Below, piece after piece: positions 1-12,685 of a DNA stretch of 64,000 bases. A program made the position numbers and the translations under genes. The notes beneath the pieces were generated by a model that was not told the origin of the DNA, ran no database searches, and was given only the letters and a program-made list of their open reading frames with translations. Position 1 is the first letter of the stretch; each line of letters starts with the position of its first letter. This stretch comes from Podarcis gaigeae. Its lineage: Eukaryota. Location: NCBI GenBank assembly GCA_964106915.2, contig OZ066917.1. One strand, 5' to 3'.

Positions 1-736
1 TTCTCAGGACAGCAGGGATTTGAGCCGGGATCGCTGGAATCCGGGCCACTTGCTTCTTCCTCGATCGAGCAACCCGGGGTCCGCTTCTGATTCGCTTCGC
101 TTGCAGGTTTGGCCACTAAGCGAAGATAAATGGCATTAACCCAACTCTACCCCTTTGTCTATCGCTTTGTAAAATCGAAGGCAGAAACCCCTTTTAATCG
201 GCGAGTTAATACAAATACTATTCTTGGTGTCAAACAACGAGAGCTGGGGAGGTGAGCGCGCGCCTGTTCATTTTGGGGAGAGGTAAGCGCCTAAATCAGG
301 CAGAAACGGCGCAGACGGTTTAGGTAGGTTTTGGACTGTCTTCCCAACAACATGGCAAATGGAGACATTCCGACGTCGCTTACTACTACCCCAATCCCGA
401 GAATTCGGGCTGGATCCAGTGAGATGTTCTCTGGGAGAATCGGGGCCGTTAAAAAGATTGTTAGTTGTACTGGTTGTAGGCCGCCTGGAGAACGGTTTTG
501 CGGAAAGGCGGCTCTGCAGAGAAATTGTGGACACAATCTGATCCTAACAAAGCGCCGGCTCAACCCCAACCCCGCGCGCGTTTACTCCAAAGTAAGTCTC
601 CCTACTCAAAGCTCTTCCATTCCTCTCCAACCGGCCCTTTTCTTCCATTTCGTCAGCCGAAGTTAGCTAACTACTAATTAACTGGGAAAGTAAAGGTCCA
701 TTTCCTGTGTGTGTGTGTGGGGGGAGACCCTCTCAC

Positions 737-900
737 CTCATCCCCCCCTTGTCCTTCCATCCTGCTTGCTGCAAACCCCAGGCGGTGGCGCGCCAGAGGC
801 TGAAGCCGCCAAAGCGCCGGCCCGCCAGAAGCGCATCTAGCGGCCCGCGGGAAAGATTCGCGGCGGGCTCCGCGTAAATGCGCCCAGACCTCGCCGCCAT
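737..900 (-). other. Candidate first exon on the minus strand (product unknown)
   Basis: AAAATGGCGGCG start context at 900 with an open frame (MAARSGRIYAEP...KGGM) up to a GAG|GTGAGA donor (intron would start at 736). An alternative ATG at 760 gives MEGQGGDE in phase 0. Neither peptide is recognised. Confidence 0.25.
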
Positions 901-905
901 TTTAC
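781..905 (-). promoter_or_regulatory. YY1 + E2F motif cluster (probable TSS-proximal region)
   Basis: GCCGCCATTTT at 893-903 (YY1 consensus), GCGGGAAA at 847-854 and CCGCCAAA at 806-813 (E2F-type), GGCGCGCC nearby. Confidence 0.55.
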
Positions 906-1908
906 AGCAGCTGCTTCCCTCGCTTCCTGCCCTTAGTCGGATCGCCTCCTACCCCATCTAGACGAGGACCCTGATCTCTTTAGCAGACGCGGGCGGCTGT
1001 CTCCGGCCGTAACAAAGCCGGTCCCTGTGCGCTTTTCTTAGCAGGGTATATTTCACCTTCTCCTTTCCTGATGAAGCTCATTTCCAAAGGCTGGTGCCTC
1101 CTGTCCCCATCCTGCTTCCCTGGACTTAAAAGCCCCCCCCCAAAAGACATTCTTTTTCCTGGGGCGAGGGGATAAATGGGAATCGCGTGGAAAGGATAGA
1201 AAACATAACTTTACGCTCTGAATCTCGCACCAAAGTCAGCTCTCCTTCGGTGTGTTTAGAGCCGGGGCTTGCTTTCCTTTTTGGGTGGGTGGGTAATAAA
1301 ATCCTGTCCCCAAACTCTATAAAATGGAACAAGAGCTGCTGTAACATAAAGTATTCTCTCTGTCCAAACTGTGGGGACACCATATATCATATAATAAGTA
1401 AACGCCACTTGATAATAATTATTAGAGATTCAGTAGAGAAGCAGCTGCGCCGGAATCAGGGAACAAAACTCTGCCCATTTCTTCGGAATTTGTCAATTGC
1501 GGGCGGACTTGGAGATCCTTGCTCCGACGTCCCAAACGGAGGAGTTTGTTCTTTCCTGCCTTACACAGTCGGACCCTGTATATTTAATCCGTAGCGCGAA
1601 ATGCCCTGGAAACATTTGCTTTCAAGGGATTTCCTTCCAAGTTAGGGAGGTGCACACGGCAGGGAAGGTCATCGTAGTAGTAAGTCCTGTTGACATGAAT
1701 TATTTGGAAGATCATGCAATAAGTGTCCTATTTGCCTTTAGGATGGAGGTGCGTTTGGTGAGGATCCTAACTAAAGACGTCGCCTGAGAAATAAATCCCA
1801 TTGAGTTCAACGTGCTTGACTCTCTAGAAGTGCAGTTTTCCTATTGATCTTGGGTCCTTAACATAACTGCTTGGAGCGTGTTTGCTGCAATGGCTAAAGG
1901 GCCGGGAG

Positions 1909-2090
1909 CATAGGAGCCAACTCCTAGGGGCCGAGATCCCTTCGCTTCCTCCCCAACAAAATATTTGAGGGGGCTGCCACCCCCCAAAGTTGTTGGGATT
2001 CCTATTCAAATGGTGCGCGCGCCTTGTGATCGATTATGCGCGGCTTACCTGGTCCCCTCCCCCAATATTTTATTCAAGTTGGCACCCCTG
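1909..2090. mobile_element. hAT-type MITE
   Basis: Imperfect TIRs CATAGGAGCCAACT / AGTTGGCACCCCTG; perfect 8-bp TSD GCCGGGAG at 1901-1908 and 2091-2098. Confidence 0.85.
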
Positions 2091-3384
2091 GCCGGGAGTG
2101 ATTTCAGCGGCTCCGAAGCTGCGATCTCTCACAGGTTTACTTAAAAGTCTAAGCAGCGCTGAATGCAAGAAAACTTGGGTAAATTCGTCCTACCGATGGT
2201 GCTCTCAGTTTTCCAGTATGCACTGGAATCCACGAGGTTCACTTTCAAGCAGCTTTGAATGATCCTATGTGTTCTGATTTCAGTCCCCTTCATTTTAGTG
2301 GCACCTACTTCCAGATTAGAGCAACCACAACAACCCTTAAGAGCCTCTTGTCCCTCTGCGCACTTAACTTGGAGGCGCCCCAATGGGCTTACTTCCGAGT
2401 AAACCTACAGTGGGTTGAAATGGCACCGTCCCTAAGCGATCCTCCTTGGGAACGTCCCATTGAACTCAGGGAGGCTGACTTCTGAGCAAACCGGAGCAGG
2501 AGCGGGCATTAAAAGCCCGCGGGGGTGCTTTGAAACTCGCCCCTTTATTTGTGGCTATTCCAGGCCAAAGGCAGCGAACTCCGCTAACTTGAATGAAGCC
2601 ATCTCTCAGGAACATTTCGCTTTCTCTAATAACTAGGCAGAGAATCGGGACCTTCGGTGGGGGTTGCGATGTCCCCCACCCCAAGGGAGCCTGCTGGGAC
2701 GGTGACCTGAGATGGCAATTTTGCTTTGGAGCTGCTGCCTATTTATTATCTCCACGCCCCGGCCCCGGGAAAACTGACTCCCGCCGCAGCGCGACAATAT
2801 CAAGGGGCGGTGGAAGCGTGAGCCCCAGATGCCTGCCAGCTCTCCTGACCCGGGTAAGCTAAGATCTGACCTTCACATTAACACGTTAATAGAAGGAAAA
2901 AGCCGGTCCAATAGTTTTATGCGAAGAAACGTGGAGACTTTCAAAGTCCGGGGAGCGGGAGCCTGTTTACTTTTTCTCGACTCCTGGCTTTTCTTTCGCT
3001 TGGGAACCCATGTCTCCATATAACAGAAACAATGTTTGGGCAAAGCCTGCACAAACAAGGAGAGGCCGGTTTACAAGGCTTAAGGAACCGGCTTTTGTGC
3101 TCCCTTTCCATTCTGAAAACGCTCTTTATACCATCCCCTTTTCTGCGCCCCTCTCCTCGCCCCCCCCCCCATCCGCTTCCCAGCTTCTCCCTTTTCCTGG
3201 ATCCCGACTTCAGGTCAGGATTCCTTTCCAGCTTTCTGCGATGAGAAAAAACAAGGATCTCCTTCAAGACACCAAAAGCGATTATGGAAAGCGAAGCTAA
3301 CCTAGAAACTCAGGCACTGATCGCAAAAGTGGCCTTTGGGGTTGCTGTGCGCCTATAATATATACACACATCCCTCCCACCCCT

Positions 3385-3495
3385 TCATATAATTCCGGGA
3401 AATGTAGTTTAAGGGAATTAGAGCATTTTGAGGGTGAGTTACAGTTCCCGGGATTCTTGGGTGTGTGCCTGTGGCGATGTGCTTTCAATGTATGG
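3385..3495. mobile_element. Fragment of a squamate palindromic DNA-transposon-derived repeat
   Basis: GGGAAATGTAGTT...TTACAGTTCCCGGGATTC inverted motif, shared with the 12422-12685 element. Confidence 0.45.
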
Positions 3496-6400
3496 CTGCG
3501 TCAATCGACCACTTTTTGAGCCACTTTGATTTTAAAAATACAAGCTTGAAAAATGTGCGCATCTTCCCCTCCACTGAATTCAATAGGGGAATCAAGACCG
3601 CGCTTCCATTTCTCCCGTTGACTTGGAAGTCAGTCTAGCGGGTGAGGGAGACTGCGTGGGATCAGGCTGCCTTAGGGCTTAGCTGTGGCTGAATTGTGCC
3701 CTTTTGTAGTCCGACCAGTTATTCCGAGCCCACAATCCTGGATCGAAGCTGTTTTTTTTTAAAAAAAAAACAACAACAACACAACAACAGCAACAACACC
3801 ATTTCCCTCAGAATTAGTAGGAGATGGCACGCAGACTTTCTGGAAAGGAAAGGGGCCGCTGAGATCAACTAAACGCCGCTCGACTTAACTTTCCAATTAC
3901 AGTATTGCGTCAGTATTTCAATCGCAGGACTTCGTGTGTTTCGGGTTGCGAGGAGGAAACAGGAAGGAAGGAAAAAACCCGACCCAGATGGACAGCACCA
4001 GAGATTTCACTGAGAGCATTTGTGCTAAACCAGCTGCTAGCGATGAGGCTGAAAGATTTGTTTTCAAACCCGAAGGTTGCAATGCTGTGGACAGCGTATG
4101 GCTTGGACCACCTTATCCTTTACAGATCATGAATGGTTTGGGGGAAGTTGGGATTCCTTCACTGTGTTGGCATCAGATGTGTTTGTCAACAAATTCCATT
4201 TTATTTTAAGGAAAGCTGTCCAGAGCAAGTTATTTGTTGATTGAGGCAGGTTGGAGAAGAAACCATGATGTGCTTACGCTCTGTAACCCTGCAGAAGCAG
4301 TTTTGTTCCAGGGAACCCAACAGTCCATCAATGGTGTGCAGATTCCACCACTAACGCTGGCAGATCGTGCCTGCCCTCTGCAGAAGCAGCTCATGAAACC
4401 ATGTGGAGGACACTTTGGTCACAGGTAGGCCATCTGCAACAGGACTCTCAAAATGCCACAGTTGCCTTGAGTGGGCCTTTGGCAGATTCAAGGCCAGGTC
4501 AAGGTGCTTCCCAGCCAGTAGCAGCGGAGAAAAAGGTGATGACGTGGTCCCAGCGTTTTTTGTGCTGCGTCACATTTGTGATATCAAGGGACACACATTA
4601 CAGGATGCTGTGGACATTCCTGGCATGTTCTGCTGCCAGCATATAATGAGGACTAGCATAGGGATGCAAGAGATGGCAGCATGCCACTTCCTATTTCCTT
4701 GCGAGAATTTTTGGACAATAACTGTTCTGTATTTGTTTTTATAAATGAAGTTCACTTTTGAAAATAAAAAGTACCTTTTGGTAAACAAGATTAGCTACAC
4801 ATGGAAGTCATGCACAATGCATTCGTTTGCATTAATTTGATTAAAAGCGCACATAAATCACAGAACGTAATGATAACAGCAGAAGGCTCCCAACTGACTG
4901 CCTACTTCCCTTCGGTCCTAGGATGCCACAATTTATGCTTTCCAGCATTTAGAGAAAATCTTTTTATAAGCAAACTTTAAATGTAGTAGGAAGTAATATA
5001 TATTTTTTGGAAAGTCTATTTCTTTGCCTCCAATCAAGCCTCAGAGGCACCAATGCATTTAGGAGAGCAAGAAGTCTATCCACAACTATATGCTAGTTTG
5101 TTTAATGTGGCCTCAGTGAGTGAAAGAGAAAAATAGAGGGCTGACTCTTTGCATGAGTCTCTGGGGAAATGCTTCACACATGTAACTAATTTGAAATCCA
5201 TACTTCATAGGTAGATTACAGTTCAAATCTGGCAAGCTTTGCCCTCCCCGCCAACTCTTCCTTTGGCAATATCAGGTCGTGACTCCTGGGGCTGAGACAA
5301 CAGGTGCGACCTCAATAAGGCTCAGGAAATTGCCAATCAGTTTCAGGTAAGCAAACCATTCTTCCTTCCTACTGGGGCAACCTATCTCTGAACAGAATCG
5401 GGATGGAGTTGGAAGTGTAGCATTAATTGACTACTTCTTTTTATCTCCCTTTTATTACACTGGGATAATAAGGAACTCCATAAAACTGTGTGATGCTTGA
5501 CTAACCTTGCTTCTGCCTACAGTGGATATAACAGCCCAGTCATATACAGAGGCAGGCGTGTCTGCCTTCACCGATCTCTGTGGGCTTCAGCAGACCTGAA
5601 TCTGCAGCACTTTCCAGCCAGGTGAAGAGAAATGTCAGAAGAAGGCAATGAGAGGGAGCAATGGCCATTTTGCATGCGATGGAAGTTGGAGTCAGAGCCA
5701 TCTTTTCCATAGGGCTTAGTGGGCCTTTCAGGGGTGCCCCAGTGAGTGGGGGAGCTGCATGGCTTTGCTAGTGGCCTCCCCTTTCCCTGCATGTCCGCCA
5801 GCTGCGCCCTGCCAACCATATGGCTGGCGGGTGTGCAGCTTGTCTCCCAAGCCTCTGTGGGAGGAGAGCGATCCCTGCAAAGGCTTAGGATGGAAGCTGC
5901 ACTCCGCTGACTATATGGCCGGCGGGCATGCAGCTTCCCTCTCAAGCCTCTGCAGGGATTGCTCTCCTGCAGCAGCATGGGGGAGAGTTGCCCCCCCCAA
6001 TGGCTGGCAGTGCGCAGTTTCATACCCCCCCATTGCATGGTAATTTGGGGGCACTGGGCAGATATTTGCACCCCGGCGCTGCATCTGCTAAAGACGGCCC
6101 TGGTTGGAGTACCATTTCGAAGCAATGCATTTTGTCTCAAAGACATCTAGCCATGTGACGCTGACACAAAAGCTTACACTATGCAAAAGAATGAAAGGTC
6201 ATTACCCCATGGGGGGCTGGAGGGCAGCTGCCCCCCTAAAACAAGTCAATGTTTAAAAATACTCACGTCACAGAACCCAAAGCAATGTCGTCAATGTTTT
6301 CATACGTCTACTTTATCCCCAGCACCCTTTCTTCTCATACAGGGTCATGGGTTAAAAAGTTCAACATATCTTGTCTCATGTAAGAAAAAAGCAATATAAG

Positions 6401-6639
6401 CAGATGCAATTCACATATACATTTGACACATCAAAGATCTGCTGCACACGGACAGAAGGCTGATATTAAACCAAAGCACAGATTTGCAGTTGTGGGGTAC
6501 TCCCCTAGTAGTACCCTAAACATAAAGTTTAATTCCCACACTGCTAACCTGTCTGTACTGTCTGTACTGTCTGGCTTGTACTTGTTTGGGGGCTGTGATT
6601 GTGGATGTCAACCTGTTTAGTGTTGTCATTTAAAGATGT

Positions 6640-6945
6640 AATACAAGGCTTTAGAACTGCTTGCCAAGCGAGACTTGGCTAGCACTATCTTTGATGACCT
6701 TCTGCTGGCCGACAAAGAGATTTTTACTTAAACAGGCCTTTGGCCCATAAACTGACACAGGTAATTTAGTGTGAGAGAGTTTGGTTTTAAACGATTATTT
6801 GTTTGATTGTATTGATCAGCTTCTTTATTTCTTTTGCTTTGAATTATATTGTGGTTTTATTTTATTTGCATCGTTGCCAATAGGTGTAATGAGTGCTATT
6901 TGGTGGAAAGTGGGGATACAATGTAAGCAAATGATGATGATGATA
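6640..6945 (+). mobile_element. Degenerate L2-type LINE 3' end
   Basis: TTTTACTTAAACAGGCCTTT (L2 C-terminal-like), T-rich 3' UTR, GGTGGAAAGTGGGGATA and a (GAT)n tail. Confidence 0.4.
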
Positions 6946-8699
6946 TATGTTTATCGATATTAATGCTGTGTGTTAGTCACAGTATAGTCACTATACTATA
7001 TACTCTTGAGCACAGTGCTTTGCCAGTCGTGTCAGCTGATCAGTGGTGTCTGCAAACCTGCTTTGGCCCAATCACATCTGATCTGCCATGCTGCCACTCA
7101 CCTGATGCTATATATGACATGAGTTGAAGGGCAGATGGCTTGGCCAGAGTGGTCTTTTGAGCAAAATGGGGAGGCTTCATTAGGCCCACAGTCTGGATAT
7201 TTCCAACCCTGAGTGTGGTGAATCATGTTGGATACTTCTTTACAGCGATCTTTATTTTTCCTCTAAACCAAGTGACTTTTTGAATCTTCCTCTCCCCTAG
7301 CTCGCTTTGAGCAATAATGCAATGTATATCCACAGGAGTCCTACTAAAATACAGAAGACTCACTACCTGTACAATGGCAACCATACACAGTGGGTAATTT
7401 AATGGGGCCAAGGTCACACAAAGGGCCTTTCAGGGTCACAGTCTGTGGATTTACTGTTGTGTAGATTTTTAAGCTATATGCACATTACTAGCTTAAAACA
7501 CAGCCAGATCATTCTTTTGCTCAATTTGGATCAAAGATGGTTTGTGGGGAAATGCATCGAAACACAGTATTTCACAAGAAACAACAGGGCAGATGCAGGA
7601 TAGATATGGATGGTGGCTAATGTGTGTACACAACTTTCCAAATCGGCTGTGGGAATGCCCTGGATGACGAGTAATTAGGAGCATGTATACAGCCTTAGTT
7701 GCACTCAGCTATATATGCCATTGTGGAATTCTTTGCTGTGTTGATAAAATTCAGCCTGCAAGATAATTTTTAAATGGCCAGTATGACTAGTTTATAAAAG
7801 CTGCCCTTTACTTCAGAAGCTGTAGGGAGCTTAGATGAGAAATATTATCCTGGCATGCTGCTTTGCCACATGAAGACTGGGTGCTCACTCACTCAAGACA
7901 TGTAACATTTTCTTATATTTGTTGGAGACTATTAAAGCCAGAGGCCAGAAAATGCTAGTTGTTAAATAAAGGGAACCTTTACCATGGACTAATCAGTTTA
8001 TTTGCATTTCTATATGGAGTGTGATACCCATGTAGTCACGCCAGAACAGTTGTCAGCATTGATGAATTAATTCAAAAGTATGACTTAAAACACCCCAGCA
8101 CCGGCTTATGTGCAAATAGCATACATATTCAGTGCTACATTCTCAGGCCAAAATCCATCAATTGATTCTAGTTTTATATTTCAGCACTGAAATCAAACTC
8201 ATACTATTTTGCTTGGGCCAAACTTGATTGTTTCGGTTAGGCCTGGTGCGTGATGAATATTCTGAAAGTATTACAAAATGGGACATTAATAATAATTATC
8301 ATGAGCAAACATTAGCCCTGGCTTGTTCAGGATGCAATGCTACACACACACACATTTTAGCGGGAGTAGATAGTTTAAAAGGTGAAAACCTTTCTTGGGA
8401 GAAGGGGAGGCAATATATTAATCACAGGGAGGAAATTTCTAGGCTGAAGAAATAGGAAAAACCTACTTTGAAAAAGCACACACTAGAGTATTTTTGTTCC
8501 TTTTGTCTGAAAACGTTTGAACACTTTGAAAGTCAATGTAAGTATTCTTCTAAGTGCTGTTCAGTGACTTAAGCAAGCTTTTTTTATTTTTGTTTCTTTT
8601 ACTCTTACCTTGAATGCACACTGTGATTAATCTAGTGGGAATGAATAATAGATCTTTAAGGAATACAGAAGTTTTAATACAAACTTTTTCTTTCTCAAT

Positions 8700-9000
8700 T
8701 TATGGCCGTCATGAGGCTTTATACAATGGTTGTCATAGGAACTCTGGAAGTCATTTAAATAAAGGCAAACTTCATGACTTCTTTATTCATGATTTAGAAG
8801 TGATGGATTTAAACTGTTGCTGATACATGATCATAGCTTGATTTGCCATGTTTTCAAGAGCATTAATAAAGAATTAAATGCATGTCAGCCTTGGAACACC
8901 CTCTTAGAGGTTGCCCTAACATCCTGATTAAATGTTTTCAATGTCTGTATCCAAAGCACATTGTAAAACACCTTACAAAATCTGGGGTGTGTCACGTCTG
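8700..9000 (-). mobile_element. Ancient CR1/L3 reverse-transcriptase remnant
   Basis: Degenerate minus-strand motifs DVTHPDFCKVF (~DVIYLDFSKAF), GVPQG-like GGTGTTCCAAGG and FFINALEN (~IFINDLE). Confidence 0.55.
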
Positions 9001-9079
9001 ATATTTTTATTTTGTGTCGCCTAGCTAATGCCCCCTGACGCTATCCTCTGCTATATGTTTGTAATTTACTAGAAGTGGA

Positions 9080-9521
9080 TCAGGGAAATTATGTATAGCC
9101 TTGGGTCAATGGGGGGTGGGTACATGGGATGGGAGTGAGGTTGCCATCCCTATGATAGTAGGTAGAGGGTGATATGGAGGAGGGAGAAGGTATAGAGGGG
9201 AGGGAGAAGGGCTAGTTCCATCAAAGCCCTTGCCTCCTCTGCTTTGCCTGCTGTATTTCAGAATCTGGGGGTGCCAGACAGCTGTCCTGTGGCCTGTTTT
9301 TGTTGATAAATGCCAGAGGAACAGATTGGGATATTGTTAATGTAGCCTTCACACTGTTGTGCTACAACCTCCCTAACCAAACTTGCAGGGGTAATTTTGG
9401 ATGCTTTGTTGGACAGCCGTTTCCTGGTGGTGTTGCAGGACTTTAATATCCATGCTGAGGCTGCCTCAAACAGGCCAGCTTGGTGGTTCATGGTCTCTAT
9501 GGGCAACCATGGGGCTGTTTC
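9080..9521 (+). mobile_element. L2-clade LINE, endonuclease region (5' part, interrupted by L1)
   Basis: Translates to ...LGILL...TTSLTKLAGVILDALL...DFNIHAEAA..., matching the APE-domain GDFNIH motif. Confidence 0.75.
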
Positions 9522-10457
9522 TTTTTTTTTTTTAACATAAATCTTTATTGAACACATTTTTTAAAAGAAAAAACTTTAAAAAGAACAGAAGTCCCTAAAA
9601 ATAAGGTACAGATACAGATACAGAATATCAGTATAAATAAGATACATAACATAGAATATAAAAAGTACATATGAGTTAGACCTCCATCCACTTCAGCTTA
9701 GGGTTACATAATCCTATACAATTTCTGCAGTTGTTATAGTAATTACTCAGAATGCCGTAAGTGTTAACTAATATCTACTGTTATATTGTTAATTCCCAGA
9801 TTAATTTTAATATAATTTAAAAATTTGTTCCAGTCACTTTTAACTTTAGCCATATTATGATGCCTAATTCTTTGTGTTAAATTGCTAATTCTATATATTG
9901 AAACAGTTTCACTTGCCAGTCTCTGACCGAAGGTATTTCAGGAGATTTCCACTTCTGTGCAATTAAAATCCTTGCCGCTGTAATGGCATATTGAAAGAAG
10001 GTTTGGTCTGCGTTTTTTATTTCCTCCTCAATCATACCCAACAAGAACACCTCGGGGGATTTAGGAAAATTATATTTCAAGATCTTCTTCAACTCATCAT
10101 AGATTTGCCCCCAGAATCTCTTAACCACATCACAGGTCCACCAAACATGAAAAAAAGTTCCCACCTTATCCCTACATCTCCAACATAGATTATCGGCATT
10201 CCTGTACATCTTACCTAGCTTTGCCGGAGTCAAATACCAGCGATATATCATTTTTTCTAAATTTTCTCGGAGGGTTGCACAGGCCGTGAATTTCACACCC
10301 TTTTTCCACAGTATCTGCCATTTATTATAGTCCACCTTGTGCCCAAGATCCCTATCCCATTTTACCATCGCACCTTTCACTACATCCCCTTTAGTGTCCC
10401 ATTCCAGTAATTGTTTGTACATTTTAGAGAGGAGTTTATTGTTGCTTTCCAGAATCT
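9522..10457 (-). mobile_element. 5'-truncated L1 retrotransposon (ORF2 C-terminus, 3' UTR, poly-A)
   Basis: ORF 9877-10461 contains the L1 cysteine-rich motif CWRCRDKVGTFFHVWWTC; poly-A at 9522-9533; perfect 15-bp TSD CCATGGGGCTGTTTC at 9507-9521 and 10458-10472; one frameshift near the ORF end. Confidence 0.93.
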
Positions 10458-10472
10458 CCATGGGGCTGTTTC

Positions 10473-11190
10473 AGTATATCAGTGGTTCAACACACATGGC
10501 AGGGCAGTCCCTAGACCTGGTCTTTGCAACAGGGTGGATTGGTAGTACTCCATTGACATGTGTGTTTGGGGCTTGCTGCGAGTCCATTGGTGAGGTTTGG
10601 GCTGAATGTAGCTACTCCATTTGGGGGTGGGGGACTCGTTGAGATGCTCTGCCCTCAGAAACTGATAGACTCTGATGGATTCATGAATGCTCTGGGGAAT
10701 TTGCTGGCTGACATGGTTGGTGCTCATATTGAGGGCCTTGTCTCACTGAGGAAAGGGGAAATGCTCAGAGCCATTGACACAACACCTCCTGAATGCCTTC
10801 ACTGTTGCTGTGGAGTACATAGGTCACACTGGTATTCCAGTGGCCTGTGTGCGATGAAACACAGTGGGTAGATGGTGTAATTCTCAGTCTGAATGTGGTA
10901 GCTGTGGCAGAGAAAACTTATTTCACCACCACTGGGTCTGCAAGTAGCTGTCAAGCACAGCTTTTCCAAGTGGCCTGCTGTGATAACTTGGTGAGGCACT
11001 TTAGGGACAAAATCACTCAGAGTTGGCTGCTACAAGTTAGAGCAAGTCCAGTGTGGGGTGTCCGGAATACTGTCTGTTCCATCTGTACTGGATTTGTCTC
11101 AGTTATTGGAGCCTGAGGATTGTGGACAAGTTACTTGAAGAAGTGCAGTTGACCACCAAGGGTCCCTTGACCCTTGCTTCTTATCTGACT
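10473..11190 (+). mobile_element. L2-clade LINE (continuation after the L1 insertion)
   Basis: MGLFQYISGSTHMAGQSLDLVF (TH.AGHTLDL motif), then YFTT..SASSCQAQLFQV, CCDNLVRHFRDKITQ and DKLLEEVQLTT..PLDPC. Confidence 0.8.
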
Positions 11191-11405
11191 GGTCTCAGGT
11201 CCAGTTGCCAGCGTCTCCAGGCAGGGCTGGAAGAGACACTTTCCTGGAAGGGGAAGCTTCTGCCTCTCAGTGTCAACAATTGGGGCTGGATGGGCCAATA
11301 GTCTGAATCCGTATAAGGTACTTTCAGTCTTCCTATGGGATTGAAATGGAAGCTTTTCTTTTCTTCTTTCCCAGTTTATTGCATTTTCTTAAAATTGTAC
11401 AAATA

Positions 11406-11631
11406 CAGTGGTACCTCAGGTTACATACGCTTCAGGTTACAGACTCCACTAACCCAGAAATAGTACCTCAGGCTAAGAACTTTGCTTCAGGATGAGAACA
11501 GAAATTGGGCTCCGGTGGCATGGCAGCAGCAGGCGGCCCCATTAGCTAAAGTGGTGCTTCAGGTTAAGAACAGTTTCAGGTTAAAAACGGACCTCCGGAA
11601 TGAATTAAGTACTCAACCCGAGGTACCACTG
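11406..11631 (+). mobile_element. Tc1/mariner (pogo/Tigger-like) MITE, family A, copy 1
   Basis: TIR CAGTGGTACCTC(A/G)GGTT at both ends; TA duplicated on both sides. Confidence 0.92.
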
Positions 11632-11690
11632 TATGTGATCCTATTAATAAATCATACAAAAATACAAATGGTACACATTCATTCGTAGCC

Positions 11691-11818
11691 NNNNNNNNNN
11701 NNNNNNNNNNNNNNNNNNNNNNNNNNNNNNNNNNNNNNNNNNNNNNNNNNNNNNNNNNNNNNNNNNNNNNNNNNNNNNNNNNNNNNNNNNNNNNNNNNNN
11801 NNNNNNNNNNNNNNNNNN
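11691..11818. other. Assembly gap (128 N)
   Basis: Run of N. Confidence 1.
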
Positions 11819-12421
11819 AGGCCATTTATGATTCAACAATTCGAAAAGAAAAAAAGAGAGAGAAAGAGAAAGAGAATGATATGCAGTCATTTAATAAATT
11901 TTAAAAAAACACACAACTCCTAAGGGAGCACATTTTAGCTCTTGATCTAGAACAGTCTCACGTAAACAATGGTTCCATGGTGTTTACTGCATGCTATTAT
12001 CTGTCTAAATACTGGGATTACTGTTTCCTTTTGTGTGGCAACTGGCTGGTGGTTCTCACTAATAGCCATTATTAGTAGCGGTGACACGTTAATTGAACTT
12101 TTCTGCTCCCATGTGTGTGGCACACTTCAAGGTCACACAGTGCACCGGAGTTTCATGTGTATTCAATTACTGTAGCATTATGAAAGAATGTAACCTGTCA
12201 TACATTAAAAAATATCACTTGCTACTCTGCATGGGATAGATGGTAAGCTAAACCAATCAGCTTCTCTTACATAGTTGGTCTGTCTCTTGGATGCTGTAAA
12301 AAATTAAGGGAGGAAGGAGGATAAAAAAGCCAAATATTCTTCCACAAAACAGGGATTAACAAGGCTGATCTTCCATAGATATTTTGTGTTCTCCTTCATT
12401 CCATGTGTAAAAATAGTAATT

Positions 12422-12685
12422 GCTTGCATCCACCGTAAGGCCTATACATTTAAACCAGCACCATACTGCTTTAAATAGTTGTGGCTTCTCCAAAAGCATC
12501 CTGGGAAATGCAGCTTGTTAAGAGAGCCCTTTCTCCCTCACAGAGCTACAATTCCCAGAGTTCTCTAGGAAGAGGAATTGATAATTAAAGCACTCTGAGA
12601 ATTTTAGCTCTGTGAAGGGAATAGTGGCCTTGACAGTTTAAAGTGGTATGGTGCCTCTTTAAAATATAACAGTGCAGATGGGGCC
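12422..12685. mobile_element. Palindromic non-autonomous DNA element (PIF/Harbinger-like end)
   Basis: Nested inverted repeats (ACCATACTGCTTTAAA / TTTAAAGTGGTATGGT; CACAGAGCTA / TAGCTCTGTG); end GTGCAGATGGGGCC. Confidence 0.6.

Larger units (their letters stand above)
1..3950. promoter_or_regulatory. CpG island / promoter-like region of an unidentified gene
   Basis: High GC and abundant CpG (densest ~760-1030 and ~2500-2830), versus CpG depletion in the rest of the window. Confidence 0.8.

Noticed and set aside
3985-4000. REST/RE1 site (GGACAGCACC)
   Set aside because: Only the right half-site is present; the TTCAGCACC half is missing.
5335-5352. Recursive splice site TTTCAG|GTAAGC
   Set aside because: The AG|GTAAG core is present, but there is no real polypyrimidine tract upstream and no expression evidence.
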